Origin: Nitrospinota bacterium | GTDB lineage: Bacteria > UBA8248 | Assembly (NCBI GenBank): GCA_036231405.1 | Contig: JAZAHK010000048.1 | Location: 1 to 63,604 of the forward strand | DNA: 63,604 nt | Direction of reading: 5' to 3' | In this document: piece after piece, positions 27,812 through 37,780 of the stretch | Layout: each line of letters begins with the position of its first letter | Position numbering within the stretch: the first letter of the stretch is position 1 | Notes under the pieces: model-generated | The model's input: the letters and a program-made list of their open reading frames with translations, nothing else | Database searches by the model: none | What the model was told of the DNA's origin: nothing | Translations under genes and position numbers: made by a program

Positions 27812-28576
27812 TTACATTGCTAGAGTTCCGCCGTCAGAAGCAATACATGAACCATTCATGAAATCGTTTTCATCTGAGACTATGAATGTAGACAGTGCGG
27901 CCATTTCTTCAGGTGTAGCAAATTTTTTAGCTGGTATAAGGATCATTTTCCTCTCAGCAAACTCCGGATCCGACTCATGAATTCCTTTTACTCTTTCACT
28001 TTCTGTAGTGCCTGGCATTATGCAGTTTGTTCGAATTCCATGTGGTCCTAGTTCAACTGCGAGAGCTCTTGTGAGACTATGCATGGCTACCTTCGTAGTA
28101 CTGTATAAAGAGTTTTTTTCGATTCCTCTTTCTCCATCTATAGATCCAATCATAAGAATTCTTCCGCTCTTTTGCGGAACCATAGTACGAGCTGCTTCCC
28201 TAGTGGCGTAAAAAACTGATTTTGCGTTTACTTCAAAAAGATCGTCAATATTTTCGTTTGTGAAATCTGTAAAAGGACTTTTGCATCTCATCGCAGCACA
28301 ATTTACAAGTATATCTATCCCACCGAGAAAATTGAGACCATCTTCCACTATTTGGATGGCTCTTTTACCATCGGTCAAATCGTAGTTTTCACCTCCACAA
28401 TTATGGTTTGATTTTTTTGAGTCTGCGATTACTTTTGCAAGATTTTCTTTATTGTTTCCACCTGCAAGCCATACGGATGCTCCTTCATTGCTGAATCTTC
28501 TGGCGATTGCAGCTCCTATACCTGAGGATGCCCCTGTTATAATTGCTAATTTGCCTTCAAGTGCTTTTTCTTGCAT
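27812..28576 (-). CDS. Classical SDR oxidoreductase
   Basis: TGASSGIG, YSTTK, IMPG. Confidence 0.9.
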   Translation of the reverse strand: MQEKALEGKLAIITGASSGIGAAIARRFSNEGASVWLAGGNNKENLAKVIADSKKSNHNCGGENYDLTDGKRAIQIVEDGLNFLGGIDILVNCAAMRCKSPFTDFTNENIDDLFEVNAKSVFYATREAARTMVPQKSGRILMIGSIDGERGIEKNSLYSTTKVAMHSLTRALAVELGPHGIRTNCIMPGTTESERVKGIHESDPEFAERKMILIPAKKFATPEEMAALSTFIVSDENDFMNGSCIASDGGTLAM

Positions 28577-28600
28577 GTACTTTCCCCTTTAATGTAAATT

Positions 28601-29485
28601 CTAAGAATTTTCACTCAGTAAAGCCGAATTGCTCTTAGACCTTTCATCTCTCATTGGCCAATTTCCAGAATCTGCTTCTGTTATAAAATCCTGAACCAGA
28701 CGATTGAACATTTTAGGTTCTTCTAGATTGATGAGATGTCCTGCGTTCGGGAATGTTACTAGTGCGGAACTTGAAATTTTTCTTTTTAAGAATAGCCCTG
28801 GTTCAAGGCAAGGTTCATCTTCATCGCCGGTCAAAATTAGGGTTGGAATGCACATTTTGCTTAATTCTTCTTCAAACTCATATACAGAGGGCCTTGCACT
28901 CTGTAAACCTTCCATTGTTAATGCGCATCCCTCTGGTGAATGTTCCAAAAATTGAGCAACAAATTTCTCATAGGCTTTAGGGTTTTTCCTTTCTAGTTGC
29001 ACTCTAGTTGGTCCAGAAGTATAAATTTTCCCAAAATCTTCCATCTTTTCTGTTCTAAACCTTCTGGCAACTTCGAGAGCTTCTTTTCTGAAATTTTCTT
29101 GTTGATCTAAAACTGATCCGTACCCACAGCCAGCTACCACGATAGATCGTGCTAATTCGGGGTTCTTCATTCCAAGATGAAGAGAAGCAAATCCTCCCAT
29201 AGATAGACCTACCACATGACAAGGGGCAATAGATAATTCTTTTATTATGTTTACAAGGTCTTGTAATGCAAAATCTTGGCTATAATCTGTAACGTCTTTA
29301 GGTACTTCGGAAGGTGGGAATCCGCGTGCATTGTAAGTTATAGTTCTATATTTTTTTGAAAAGAATCCGATCTGGTGTTCCCAACTTCTATAATCTCCCG
29401 CAAATTCGTGAACAAATAAGATAGGAGTTCCTTCTCCTACATCTTCATAAAAGAGTTCTATGTCGTTACTTTTTATAAAAGGCAT
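28601..29485 (-). CDS. Alpha/beta hydrolase
   Basis: FVHEFAGD, GLSMGG nucleophile elbow, GDED, GHLINLE; ATG 29485 with GGAG RBS. Confidence 0.9.
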   Translation of the reverse strand: MPFIKSNDIELFYEDVGEGTPILFVHEFAGDYRSWEHQIGFFSKKYRTITYNARGFPPSEVPKDVTDYSQDFALQDLVNIIKELSIAPCHVVGLSMGGFASLHLGMKNPELARSIVVAGCGYGSVLDQQENFRKEALEVARRFRTEKMEDFGKIYTSGPTRVQLERKNPKAYEKFVAQFLEHSPEGCALTMEGLQSARPSVYEFEEELSKMCIPTLILTGDEDEPCLEPGLFLKRKISSSALVTFPNAGHLINLEEPKMFNRLVQDFITEADSGNWPMRDERSKSNSALLSENS

Positions 29486-29691
29486 TTTATCTCCAAAATA
29501 TTTTAATTTCAGAAGCCAAAAAGGTTTTTTTAATTTAAACGTCATAAAACACTATTGCAAGTTAAAGACTTGAGTTATTAACTTATTTTTACTCTTGATT
29601 TATCACTTATTTTAGATCATTATTCCCTTGATTATTTTGTATTTTCCGCCTTCATTCTATTTTTCATCAAAAAAATAAGTAGAGGACAGTC

Positions 29692-31104
29692 TTGGTCGTA
29701 AAATCTAGGAAGAAACTTGCAATTTATAAAAGAAATGAAAGAGAACTTCAATGGACAACCATAGTTGCCATAGGGATGATTCATATTCTCGCATTGTTTG
29801 CATTTAGGGAAGATTTATTTTCCTATTCTGGCCTTGCAGTAGCTTTCTTTATGTACGTTTTAACCGGAATGTTTGGTGTTACAATTTGTTATCATAGATT
29901 GCTTACACATAGAAGCTTTCAGACATATAAATGGATGGAATATTTCTTAACTTTTTGTGCTTGCCAGGCGTTGCAATCTGGTCCTATTGAATGGACAGCT
30001 ATGCATAGGATCCATCATAAGGAAGCTGATGAAGAACCTGATCCTCATTCACCATTAGTGAACTTTCTTTGGGCCCATGCTGGTTGGTTGTTTTATGATA
30101 TGCCCGAAGCACATACATATACTCAATATTCGCGTTTTGCCAAGGATTTATCGAGAGATCCCGTTCAACGGTTCTTTAATCGATTTTTTTATATCATATA
30201 TGTTTTTACTGCCCTAATAATCTATGTAGCAGGAGAATTGTATGCGGGAATTGGTTTGTCATGGCTGGTTTGGGGTGTCTTCGTGAGAACAGTTTTTCTA
30301 TGGCATGCTACTTGGTTGGTAAATTCAGCAACACACTTGTGGGGATATAGAAATTATAAAACGGATGAAGATAGCACAAACAACTGGTGGGTTGCTCTAT
30401 TTTCTTTTGGAGAGGGTTGGCATAACAACCACCATGCAGATCAACGTTCTGCAGCACATGGCCAAAGATGGTTTGAATTTGACATTTCATTCCTCGCGAT
30501 TAGAACCTTAGAGAAATTGGGTTTGGCTTGGAACGTAGTTATTCCAAGTAAAAGAGTAATAGCGAAGAGAATTGATATTATGGTGGATGATGAGGCACTT
30601 CGACTAGCCGATCAACGTTCGAGAGAAGCGTTTTTGGAAAATTCTGTTGAATTATGTACGCAGACAGATCCAACTATTCCTGTTGAAGTGAAGCAAATGA
30701 ATTCAATTTCTGAAGCTTTTGAAGCATTGATTAAAGCTGCATCACGGGCAAACGATCATGCAAGGGAAGCTTTTATGAAGGCCGATGCTTTAGAAAGAAA
30801 AGAAGATTTGTCAGATGAAATGCAAGAATCGGATATAAAACAGATTTTTGAAAAAGCAAAAGATATTGCTTATGCTTCTGTTGAACAAGCCAAATATTCT
30901 TATGCTGAATCTCTTGAGTTTGCTTCTCAGATAAAAGCCTTTTATCTAGATGCTACTAGCAGTTCAAAGGAAGAATTAGGAGGTTTAGATTTAAGAGGAA
31001 AATTTATAACTGAGCACACTTATAACGCTATAGTGCGTATGACGGATGAGGTAACACGTATTTTTCAAGGAATTGGAAGGCCTGTGATAACCTCTTCTGT
31101 ATAG
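29692..31104 (+). CDS. Delta-9-type membrane fatty acid desaturase with a long C-terminal extension
   Basis: His boxes HRLLTH, HRIHH, HNNHH; LVNSATH; GEGWHNNHH. Confidence 0.9.
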   Translation: MVVKSRKKLAIYKRNERELQWTTIVAIGMIHILALFAFREDLFSYSGLAVAFFMYVLTGMFGVTICYHRLLTHRSFQTYKWMEYFLTFCACQALQSGPIEWTAMHRIHHKEADEEPDPHSPLVNFLWAHAGWLFYDMPEAHTYTQYSRFAKDLSRDPVQRFFNRFFYIIYVFTALIIYVAGELYAGIGLSWLVWGVFVRTVFLWHATWLVNSATHLWGYRNYKTDEDSTNNWWVALFSFGEGWHNNHHADQRSAAHGQRWFEFDISFLAIRTLEKLGLAWNVVIPSKRVIAKRIDIMVDDEALRLADQRSREAFLENSVELCTQTDPTIPVEVKQMNSISEAFEALIKAASRANDHAREAFMKADALERKEDLSDEMQESDIKQIFEKAKDIAYASVEQAKYSYAESLEFASQIKAFYLDATSSSKEELGGLDLRGKFITEHTYNAIVRMTDEVTRIFQGIGRPVITSSV

Positions 31105-31142
31105 TCTTTGTTTCTTCTTTCGAAGTGCTTTTGTTTTTCCTG

Positions 31143-31172
31143 TTGACTAATACCAGCAATAAATCTTAGATT
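31143..31172 (+). promoter_or_regulatory. Possible sigma70 promoter of ilvC
   Basis: TTGACT-N18-TAGATT, about 90 nt before the ATG. Confidence 0.35.
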
Positions 31173-31260
31173 ATCAAGGTTTTTTCTTAATAGTTTGAAT
31201 TGGATAGCAGCCTAACTGTTTTGGTTTGTTCTATCTCTTCTCATAAACTGGGGATATAAA

Positions 31261-32286
31261 ATGAATGATGATTTACTTAAAGATTTGAAGATATATTATG
31301 ATGCAGATGCAGACTTGAACTTACTTCAAGGAAAGACGGTTTCTGTTATTGGTTACGGTAGTCAGGGACGTGCTCATGCTCTAAATTTACAAGACAGTGG
31401 GGTGAAAGTAATCGTTGGTCTTCGTAAAAGTTCTCCAAGATGGAAACAAGCGGAAGACGACGGTTTGGAAGTTCAGGAAACAGCGGAAGCTGCTAAGAGT
31501 GGAGATCACGTAGTTATCCTTACACAGGATCACCTGCAATCTGCTATATGGAATAACGATATCGCTCCAAACATGGAAGAAGGTCAAGCTCTAGTGGTCG
31601 CGCATGGTTTTAATTTAAATTATGGGCAAATTATTCCTCCAGAGAATATTGATGTTTACATGATTGCTCCCAAAAGTCCTGGGCATACATTTCGTTTCCA
31701 GTATGAAGACGGGCGTGGAGTTCCTGGTTTGCTTGCTGTTTTTCAAGATTCTACTGGGAAAGCAAAAGAATATGCCCTTGCCTATGGTAAGGCTGTTGGT
31801 TGTGCCCGCGCGGGGATCATAGAAACGACAATTGAAGAAGAAACAGAAACTGATTTATTTGGAGAACAAGCAGTTTTATGTGGCGGGATTTCTGAATTAA
31901 TTAGAGTTGCGTTCGAAACGCTTGTCGAAGCAGGTTACCAGCCTGCATGTGCATATTTCGAGTGTCTTCATGAAGTTAAATTGATCACTGACCTGATTTA
32001 TCAGGGCGGGATTACTATGATGAGATATTCTGTTTCTGATACAGCAGAATATGGAGATATCACACGTGGGAAGAAAGTTATTGATGATTCAACTCGTGAG
32101 AGAATGAGGGGTATTTTAAAGGATATTCAGACAGGAAAGTTCGCCAGCGAATGGATTAACGAGAATATGGTTGGAAGGCCTACCTTTAATACCGTGGTTA
32201 GAAAAGAAAAAGAGCATCCCATTGAAGTTGTCGGTGCTCGTTTAAGAGGAATGATGCCTTGGATTGAAGATCGTGAAGTTAAGTAG
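31261..32286 (+). CDS. ilvC: Ketol-acid reductoisomerase (class I)
   Basis: [55 protein letters not shown]. Confidence 0.96.
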   Translation: MNDDLLKDLKIYYDADADLNLLQGKTVSVIGYGSQGRAHALNLQDSGVKVIVGLRKSSPRWKQAEDDGLEVQETAEAAKSGDHVVILTQDHLQSAIWNNDIAPNMEEGQALVVAHGFNLNYGQIIPPENIDVYMIAPKSPGHTFRFQYEDGRGVPGLLAVFQDSTGKAKEYALAYGKAVGCARAGIIETTIEEETETDLFGEQAVLCGGISELIRVAFETLVEAGYQPACAYFECLHEVKLITDLIYQGGITMMRYSVSDTAEYGDITRGKKVIDDSTRERMRGILKDIQTGKFASEWINENMVGRPTFNTVVRKEKEHPIEVVGARLRGMMPWIEDREVK

Positions 32287-32308
32287 CACTTGATTCTGCA
32301 AACCTATC

Positions 32309-32356
32309 ATGGCCCGAGATTGAAATAATTTTCTTTCTTGGGCCATTTCTTTGTTT
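32309..32356 (+). terminator. Probable Rho-independent terminator after ilvC
   Basis: ATGGCCCGAGA ... TCTTGGGCCAT, 11-bp stem with one G-U pair, followed by a T-rich tail. Confidence 0.6.
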
Positions 32357-32390
32357 GAATTGTTTATTTATCTTTGTTTTAATTTTTGTC

Positions 32391-32419
32391 TTGAAGTCAT
32401 TTCATATGAGTCGTATTAT
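32391..32419 (+). promoter_or_regulatory. Possible sigma70 promoter of the ccm operon
   Basis: TTGAAG-N17-TATTAT, about 40 nt upstream of the ccmE start. Confidence 0.4.
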
Positions 32420-32458
32420 CTTTCTGTATTGAGTTTATTGCTCTTAAACAGGGGTATG

Positions 32459-32929
32459 ATGTCTTCTAATAAGATTAAATTTTTGATTGCTGGTTTTGTT
32501 ATCCTATCGTCTTTTTTATATTTGGCCGTTTCCGGATTCAAAAGTGAAAATTTGGTGTATTTTCTTACTGTCGATGAAGTAGTAAAGCGTAAAGTGGATT
32601 CAAGTTTGTTACGAGTTCAAGGTCAAATCCTCGAAGGTTCTTTAAAGAAAAAAATAGATGCTATGCAGATATATTTTAAAATACTTGGGAAAGAAAGTTC
32701 ACTTCCGGTTACTTACACAGGCGTTCCTCCTGATTTGCTCGAGAATGGTTTTCCCGTTATTGCAGAAGGGAGAATGAATAGCGAAGGAACCTTGGTTGCA
32801 CATAATTTAATGGTTGCGTGTCCTTCGAAATTTGAAGAGATGAAGGAAAAAGGAGAGTTGATGCCTGAAGATCATCTTCGTCTAATGGAAAAAGCACTTA
32901 AGAGAAAATCTAAAGAAATCCCTAATTAG
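32459..32929 (+). CDS. ccmE: Heme chaperone CcmE, Cys variant (CPSKF)
   Basis: N-terminal TM, VYFLTVDE, RVQG, VTYTGVPPDLL...VIAEG, ACPSKF; start after AGGGGT. Confidence 0.88.
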   Translation: MSSNKIKFLIAGFVILSSFLYLAVSGFKSENLVYFLTVDEVVKRKVDSSLLRVQGQILEGSLKKKIDAMQIYFKILGKESSLPVTYTGVPPDLLENGFPVIAEGRMNSEGTLVAHNLMVACPSKFEEMKEKGELMPEDHLRLMEKALKRKSKEIPN

Positions 32930-32974
32930 TCATGTTTCTCGATATCATGAAAATATTTCCTTCGGAGTTTTTTA

Positions 32975-34951
32975 TTGTTTCTAATTGATCTAGGTAAATA
33001 TAGTATTTTTTCTGCGCTTGTTCTTTCTGTCACTAGTATCTTCTTTTCCTTCTTTGGCGGATTTTTAAAGAATAGTCGTTTTATAAAAGTTGGCATCAAC
33101 TCCGCGATATCTGTCTTTGTTTTGATCGTTGCCGCTAGTTGCTCCTTAATTTACTTGTTGATGGTTCGTGACTACAGGGTAAAATATGTAGCGAATCACG
33201 TGAATAATTCTTTAGAAGCTTTCTATCGATTTAGTGCATTTTGGGGAGGGCAGGAAGGCAGCCTTATGCTTTGGTTGTTGTTGCTTTGTCTGTATTGTTA
33301 TTTAGTGATTCGACAGAACTTAAACCGGAACTTAGATTTAATGCCTTTTGTTGTCGGCACTCTCATGGTCACAGCGTTTTTCTTCCTGTTCTTGTTAAAT
33401 TTCATGACTCTGCCCTTTGATTTGAATGCAATTCCTCCTGTTGATGGTAAAGGACTTAATCCATTATTGCAGGACTGGGGAATGGTGATACATCCCCCAA
33501 ATTTGTACATAGGATATGTCGGATATGTAGTTCCATTTTCTTTTTGTATTGCAGCACTCATTTCTGGAAAATTAGATGATCAATGGATACAAACAATTCG
33601 TCGTTGGACTCTTTTCGCATGGTTTTTTAACGGAACTGGAATACTTCTAGGCGGTGCTTGGGCATATAAGGAATTAGGTTGGGGTGGATATTGGGCATGG
33701 GATCCTGTCGAAAATGCAAGCTTAATGCCTTGGTTGACTGCTACAGCCTTTCTCCATTCTGTAATAATTCAAGAAAAAAGAGGAATGTTAAAAGTTTGGA
33801 ATGTAGTTTTAATAATTTTAACGTACTTGCTTACAATTTTCGGTACCTTTGTAACAAGGAGCGGCATTTTATCAAGTGTCCATGCATTTGCGAACAGTAA
33901 TTTTGGATGGGTCTTTTTAGTTTATCTTCTATTTGCTCTTTTTATCTCTTTCCTTTTAGTGTTTTTCCGATTGTCAAAATTGAAGAGTGAACATGAACTG
34001 GAAAGTTTTTTTTCCAGAGAAGCTGGTTTTTTGCTCAACAATGTTGTGTTTGTGTCTATTACATTTGCTATTTTCTGGGGAACAATGTTCCCAGTAGTAT
34101 CGGAACTTGTTGAAGGTATTAAAGTCACTGTAGGCCCTCCATTTTTCGATCAAGTCAATGTGCCAATGGGCATGTTTTTATTGTTGTTGCTTGGAGCAGG
34201 ACCTTTAATGGCATGGAGAATAACTTCAGTCTCTCAAATGAAAAAAAGTTTTTTAGTGCCTATCATAGTAGGTTTGCTAGGAGTTTTTGTTCTCGTACTT
34301 TTTGAGATCCATCATCTTTTTGCAGTAATGGCATTTTCTTTGTCCGTTTTTTCAATATCTGCAATTTTTTTGGAATTTTATAAAGGTTCGAAGTTAATTA
34401 AAGAACGACTGAGTCTTAATTATATGTCATGTTTCTGGCTTCTTACGATGAATAATAAGAGGCGATTTGGTGGATATATAGTACATTTGGGGATGGCAAT
34501 TTTATTTGTGGGAGTTGCAGCATCCTCTGCTTATCAAGTAACTGAGGAGGTTAGGCTCCGTCCCGGTGAAAGTTTTCATGTCGGTTCAGTAAGGATGCGA
34601 TATGAAGGATTTAAGCAGGAAATCAGTGACTCTTATCGTGCAGTTCGTGCAAAATTATCAGTATTTAATATGGGACACCTGATAGGGACAGTTTTTCCTG
34701 AAAGAAGGATTTATTTTACTCCCCCTCAGCCAACTACTGAAGCAGGGATAGGAAGAGGGTTTTTGTTTGATATCTATGCCGTTTTCTCTGACGTGGATTC
34801 AAGGGGCGCAGCTAGTTTTAAGTTTATGGTAAATCCACTTTTGAACTGGATTTGGTTTGGAGGAATTGTTTTCTCATTAGGTTCGATTATTTGTTTTCTT
34901 CCAGATAGATGGGGCAAAAGGAAGGGAGAAATTTTTAGTTTAAAGGGGTGA
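32975..34951 (+). CDS. ccmF: Cytochrome c synthase CcmF
   Basis: WGGQEGS, GLNPLLQ, IHPP, WAYKELGWGGYWAWDPVENAS, TRSG...SVHAF. Confidence 0.96.
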   Translation: MFLIDLGKYSIFSALVLSVTSIFFSFFGGFLKNSRFIKVGINSAISVFVLIVAASCSLIYLLMVRDYRVKYVANHVNNSLEAFYRFSAFWGGQEGSLMLWLLLLCLYCYLVIRQNLNRNLDLMPFVVGTLMVTAFFFLFLLNFMTLPFDLNAIPPVDGKGLNPLLQDWGMVIHPPNLYIGYVGYVVPFSFCIAALISGKLDDQWIQTIRRWTLFAWFFNGTGILLGGAWAYKELGWGGYWAWDPVENASLMPWLTATAFLHSVIIQEKRGMLKVWNVVLIILTYLLTIFGTFVTRSGILSSVHAFANSNFGWVFLVYLLFALFISFLLVFFRLSKLKSEHELESFFSREAGFLLNNVVFVSITFAIFWGTMFPVVSELVEGIKVTVGPPFFDQVNVPMGMFLLLLLGAGPLMAWRITSVSQMKKSFLVPIIVGLLGVFVLVLFEIHHLFAVMAFSLSVFSISAIFLEFYKGSKLIKERLSLNYMSCFWLLTMNNKRRFGGYIVHLGMAILFVGVAASSAYQVTEEVRLRPGESFHVGSVRMRYEGFKQEISDSYRAVRAKLSVFNMGHLIGTVFPERRIYFTPPQPTTEAGIGRGFLFDIYAVFSDVDSRGAASFKFMVNPLLNWIWFGGIVFSLGSIICFLPDRWGKRKGEIFSLKG

Positions 34952-35508
34952 CGTTGGAATTTATTTCACTGGCAATTCTGTTTGTTTTTTTTCTGGGGGC
35001 TTGTGTATTTTCTTTTTGGCCTCTTGTTCGTGTTTCCTCGACTTCATTGGAAGTGAATTTTTCATCAGAAAAAAATCAAAAAATTTCTCGTCTCATGTCA
35101 GAAAGAGATAATATTTATAAAAATATTCTTGAAGTGCGTTTTGATAAAGCGATGAAGAAACTGACTGAAGATGATTATTCAAGATTGCTGAATCCACTTA
35201 ATGAAAAGGCCTTAAATGTATTAAGAAGATTGGAAGCGTTAGGGGTTAAGGAAGGACACCCTATTTTCGATTCAAAGGATAGAAATGGAAATTTGAATGA
35301 AGATGAAAATATTAGAGATAGAGTTGAGAAGGAAATTTTAGGATATAGGAAATCTGTAGCAGATTTAGAAGAAAAAAATATTTCTCAAAACGATGATATT
35401 AATGAAGAAAAGAATTCTACGGTTGGATCTACTTTTTGTCCAACGTGTGAACATTTGTGTAAGATTGTAGATAAATTTTGTTCTAATTGTGGGAGTGAGA
35501 TAAAATGA
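34948..35508 (+). CDS. CcmI-like membrane protein with C-terminal zinc ribbon
   Basis: TM ending WPL, E.RFD...KLTEDDY helix, CPTC/CSNC; overlaps the ccmF stop. Confidence 0.65.
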   Translation: MTLEFISLAILFVFFLGACVFSFWPLVRVSSTSLEVNFSSEKNQKISRLMSERDNIYKNILEVRFDKAMKKLTEDDYSRLLNPLNEKALNVLRRLEALGVKEGHPIFDSKDRNGNLNEDENIRDRVEKEILGYRKSVADLEEKNISQNDDINEEKNSTVGSTFCPTCEHLCKIVDKFCSNCGSEIK

Positions 35509-36341
35509 GGAGATACTTACTACTCTTCTTATTTTTGCTTTTCTTTACTGATTTTCATGTCTATTCAGAAACTATAAATGTTGTTCAATCCAACAACCTA
35601 GTTTTAGTAAAGAATGTTATGGTTGTAGACTTGCAAAAGGGATTTTATGAAATAACAGAGATTTTCAACTTTATAAACAGAAGTAATTCTATTGTAAGAT
35701 CGAAGGGAAATACGCCAACTTTTAAATTTATTCTTCCAATTAGTAGCAATGTTCGAAATCCTAACGCAGTTTGGTCTTCTGCACCGGTAGGACTAGATCC
35801 TTCATTTTATGAAATGTCTAAAAATAGCCTAATTTCCAGAGAGTCTTTTTCGAAGGGAGAAAAGTTTATCCTTCTGCGCTATAGGCTTGCTGATAGTTAT
35901 GGTGGAATTCAAATCAAGAAACCTATATTCTTTGATTCTCCTAACTTCACACTCTTGACTAGCAAAAAAAATGTTCAAATGGAAATGGACGAGATTAAAG
36001 CTTCTAATGTCCTTAAATTAAATGGAAAAGAATATAATCAGTATCTCTTGCCTTTGCGTTCAAGCAGTAATTTTTCACTAAATTTAAAAGCTCCTGATTC
36101 TTTAGGGAGGTTAGACTATTTCTATGTTTTTTCCGGAGTGCTCGTATTGTTTGGCGTAGCCTTTGGATTTTGGTATAGGAGAAGTCGGGCTAAAAATTTA
36201 GAACATATTCATCAAAGAGAGCAGTTATTACGGAAGATAGCTTCATTGGACGATTTGAAGGAGGCAAATAGGATTGAGGAAAAAATTTATAATGAAGAGC
36301 GTGAATTCTATTTTACGCGACTTATAGAACTTTCAAAGTAA
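35505..36341 (+). CDS. Exported membrane-anchored hypothetical protein in the ccm operon
   Basis: Signal peptide, beta-rich domain, C-terminal TM and IASLDD...Y helix; ATGA overlap with the upstream gene. Confidence 0.7.
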   Translation: MRRYLLLFLFLLFFTDFHVYSETINVVQSNNLVLVKNVMVVDLQKGFYEITEIFNFINRSNSIVRSKGNTPTFKFILPISSNVRNPNAVWSSAPVGLDPSFYEMSKNSLISRESFSKGEKFILLRYRLADSYGGIQIKKPIFFDSPNFTLLTSKKNVQMEMDEIKASNVLKLNGKEYNQYLLPLRSSSNFSLNLKAPDSLGRLDYFYVFSGVLVLFGVAFGFWYRRSRAKNLEHIHQREQLLRKIASLDDLKEANRIEEKIYNEEREFYFTRLIELSK

Positions 36342-36352
36342 AAGGAAAAAGT

Positions 36353-37060
36353 TTGATTGAGGTAGTAAATCTTGCCAAACGTTATGGGCGGATTTGGGTT
36401 CTTCAAGACATAAATTTGAGAATTCAAAGAGGGGAAGTTCTCGTTCTTTTTGGTGACAATGGGTCTGGAAAAACTTCACTCCTAAACCAATTTGCCATGA
36501 TTAGCAAACCGAGTCAGGGAGAGCTTTTCTTAGATGGCAAAAATCTTAAGAAATCTTTTTCTGAGGGACTTGGAATGGTTCCTCATAATCCATTTCTTTA
36601 TTCTTCTTTGAGTATTCGTGAAAATTTAGATTTTTTTGGTTCCTTATATGGTTTGAAAAAATCTTTGAAAGAGATGAGGATCGATGCGTTAAGCTCTGTT
36701 TTTGAATTGTTTGATTACTTGGACCGTCCTGTGCGACAACTCAGTGAAGGACTTGTTAAACGTGTTTCTATAGTTAGAGCAATAATTCATGATCCAGAGG
36801 TAATTTTGATGGATGAACCTTTCGTCTGTTTAGATGGGAAATTTACCGAAAAGTTAACGGATATCCTGAAAGGGGGTTTTAGTTTGGAGTGCCTGAACAG
36901 GAAACCTGAAAAAAGGTTCTTTGTCTTCTCAACTCACAACTTGGAACGTGCTTTAGATATAGGAAGTAAAATTGGAGTTTTGAATGCAGGAAAATTGATT
37001 GCATTAGATGATGTTGAAAATTTAAGTAGTGAGCGAATTTATAAACTAATTAACGGTTGA
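36353..37060 (+). CDS. ccmA: Heme ABC exporter ATPase CcmA
   Basis: GDNGSGKT, LSEG, LMDEPF, STH; precedes ccmBC. Confidence 0.85.
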   Translation: MIEVVNLAKRYGRIWVLQDINLRIQRGEVLVLFGDNGSGKTSLLNQFAMISKPSQGELFLDGKNLKKSFSEGLGMVPHNPFLYSSLSIRENLDFFGSLYGLKKSLKEMRIDALSSVFELFDYLDRPVRQLSEGLVKRVSIVRAIIHDPEVILMDEPFVCLDGKFTEKLTDILKGGFSLECLNRKPEKRFFVFSTHNLERALDIGSKIGVLNAGKLIALDDVENLSSERIYKLING

Positions 37061-37767
37061 TGGTTATGTCGAAAATGTTACATCTATATTTAACAGTAAT
37101 AATGGCTATTGTTAAAAAAGATTTTCGCATCGAATTGAAGAATAAAGAGATGATTCCACTGATGTTTATTTTCTCATTGGTTGTTTCTCTGATTTTTAGT
37201 TTTCTGGACATTTCGTTCGAGAATATAGGAGGGAGAAACAAGGATTTTTATTCAGGAGTATTCTGGATTTCTATTTTATTTGCATCAATTTTAGGGTTTT
37301 CCCGTTCAACTATGATAGAGAAAGAAGCAGGTGGCTTGATGCAATATTCGACAGTTCCAGTCGATTCTTCTGCTGTTTTTTTTGGGAAATTGATTCCCAA
37401 TTTTATTTTCTTGTTCTTAATACAGATTTTTGTATATTTGTTTCTTCTAGTTTTTTTTCGTGTGCAAGTATTTGACAGGTATTTTTTGTTGTTGCTGATA
37501 AGTTCAATCTCTTTAATTGGAATTGCCTCAGTTGGTACATTTTTTTCAACACTTAGTGCGAAAACTAATTTAAGAGAAATATTCTTGCCGATTTTAATGT
37601 TTCCTATCCTGACTCCGTTGATTATCGCATCTATAAAAGCCACGTCTGTTCTTTTAAATGGTAGAGAATGGGGAGAAGCTATGGATTGGCTTAAATTAAT
37701 TGTAGTGTATGACTTAGTTTCTGTAACACTCGCATCATTGTTATTTGAGAAGTTGATAGAGGAATGA
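37057..37767 (+). CDS. ccmB: Heme exporter permease CcmB
   Basis: KKDFRIE, EKEAG, FFGK, LPILMFPILTP. Confidence 0.88.
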   Translation: MMVMSKMLHLYLTVIMAIVKKDFRIELKNKEMIPLMFIFSLVVSLIFSFLDISFENIGGRNKDFYSGVFWISILFASILGFSRSTMIEKEAGGLMQYSTVPVDSSAVFFGKLIPNFIFLFLIQIFVYLFLLVFFRVQVFDRYFLLLLISSISLIGIASVGTFFSTLSAKTNLREIFLPILMFPILTPLIIASIKATSVLLNGREWGEAMDWLKLIVVYDLVSVTLASLLFEKLIEE

Positions 37768-37780
37768 TTCTTAATTTTGA

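Noticed and set aside
32351-32458. N-terminal extension of ccmE in the ORF track
   Set aside because: It overlaps the ilvC terminator tail and a promoter-like element; the ATG after AGGGGT gives a normal CcmE N-terminus.
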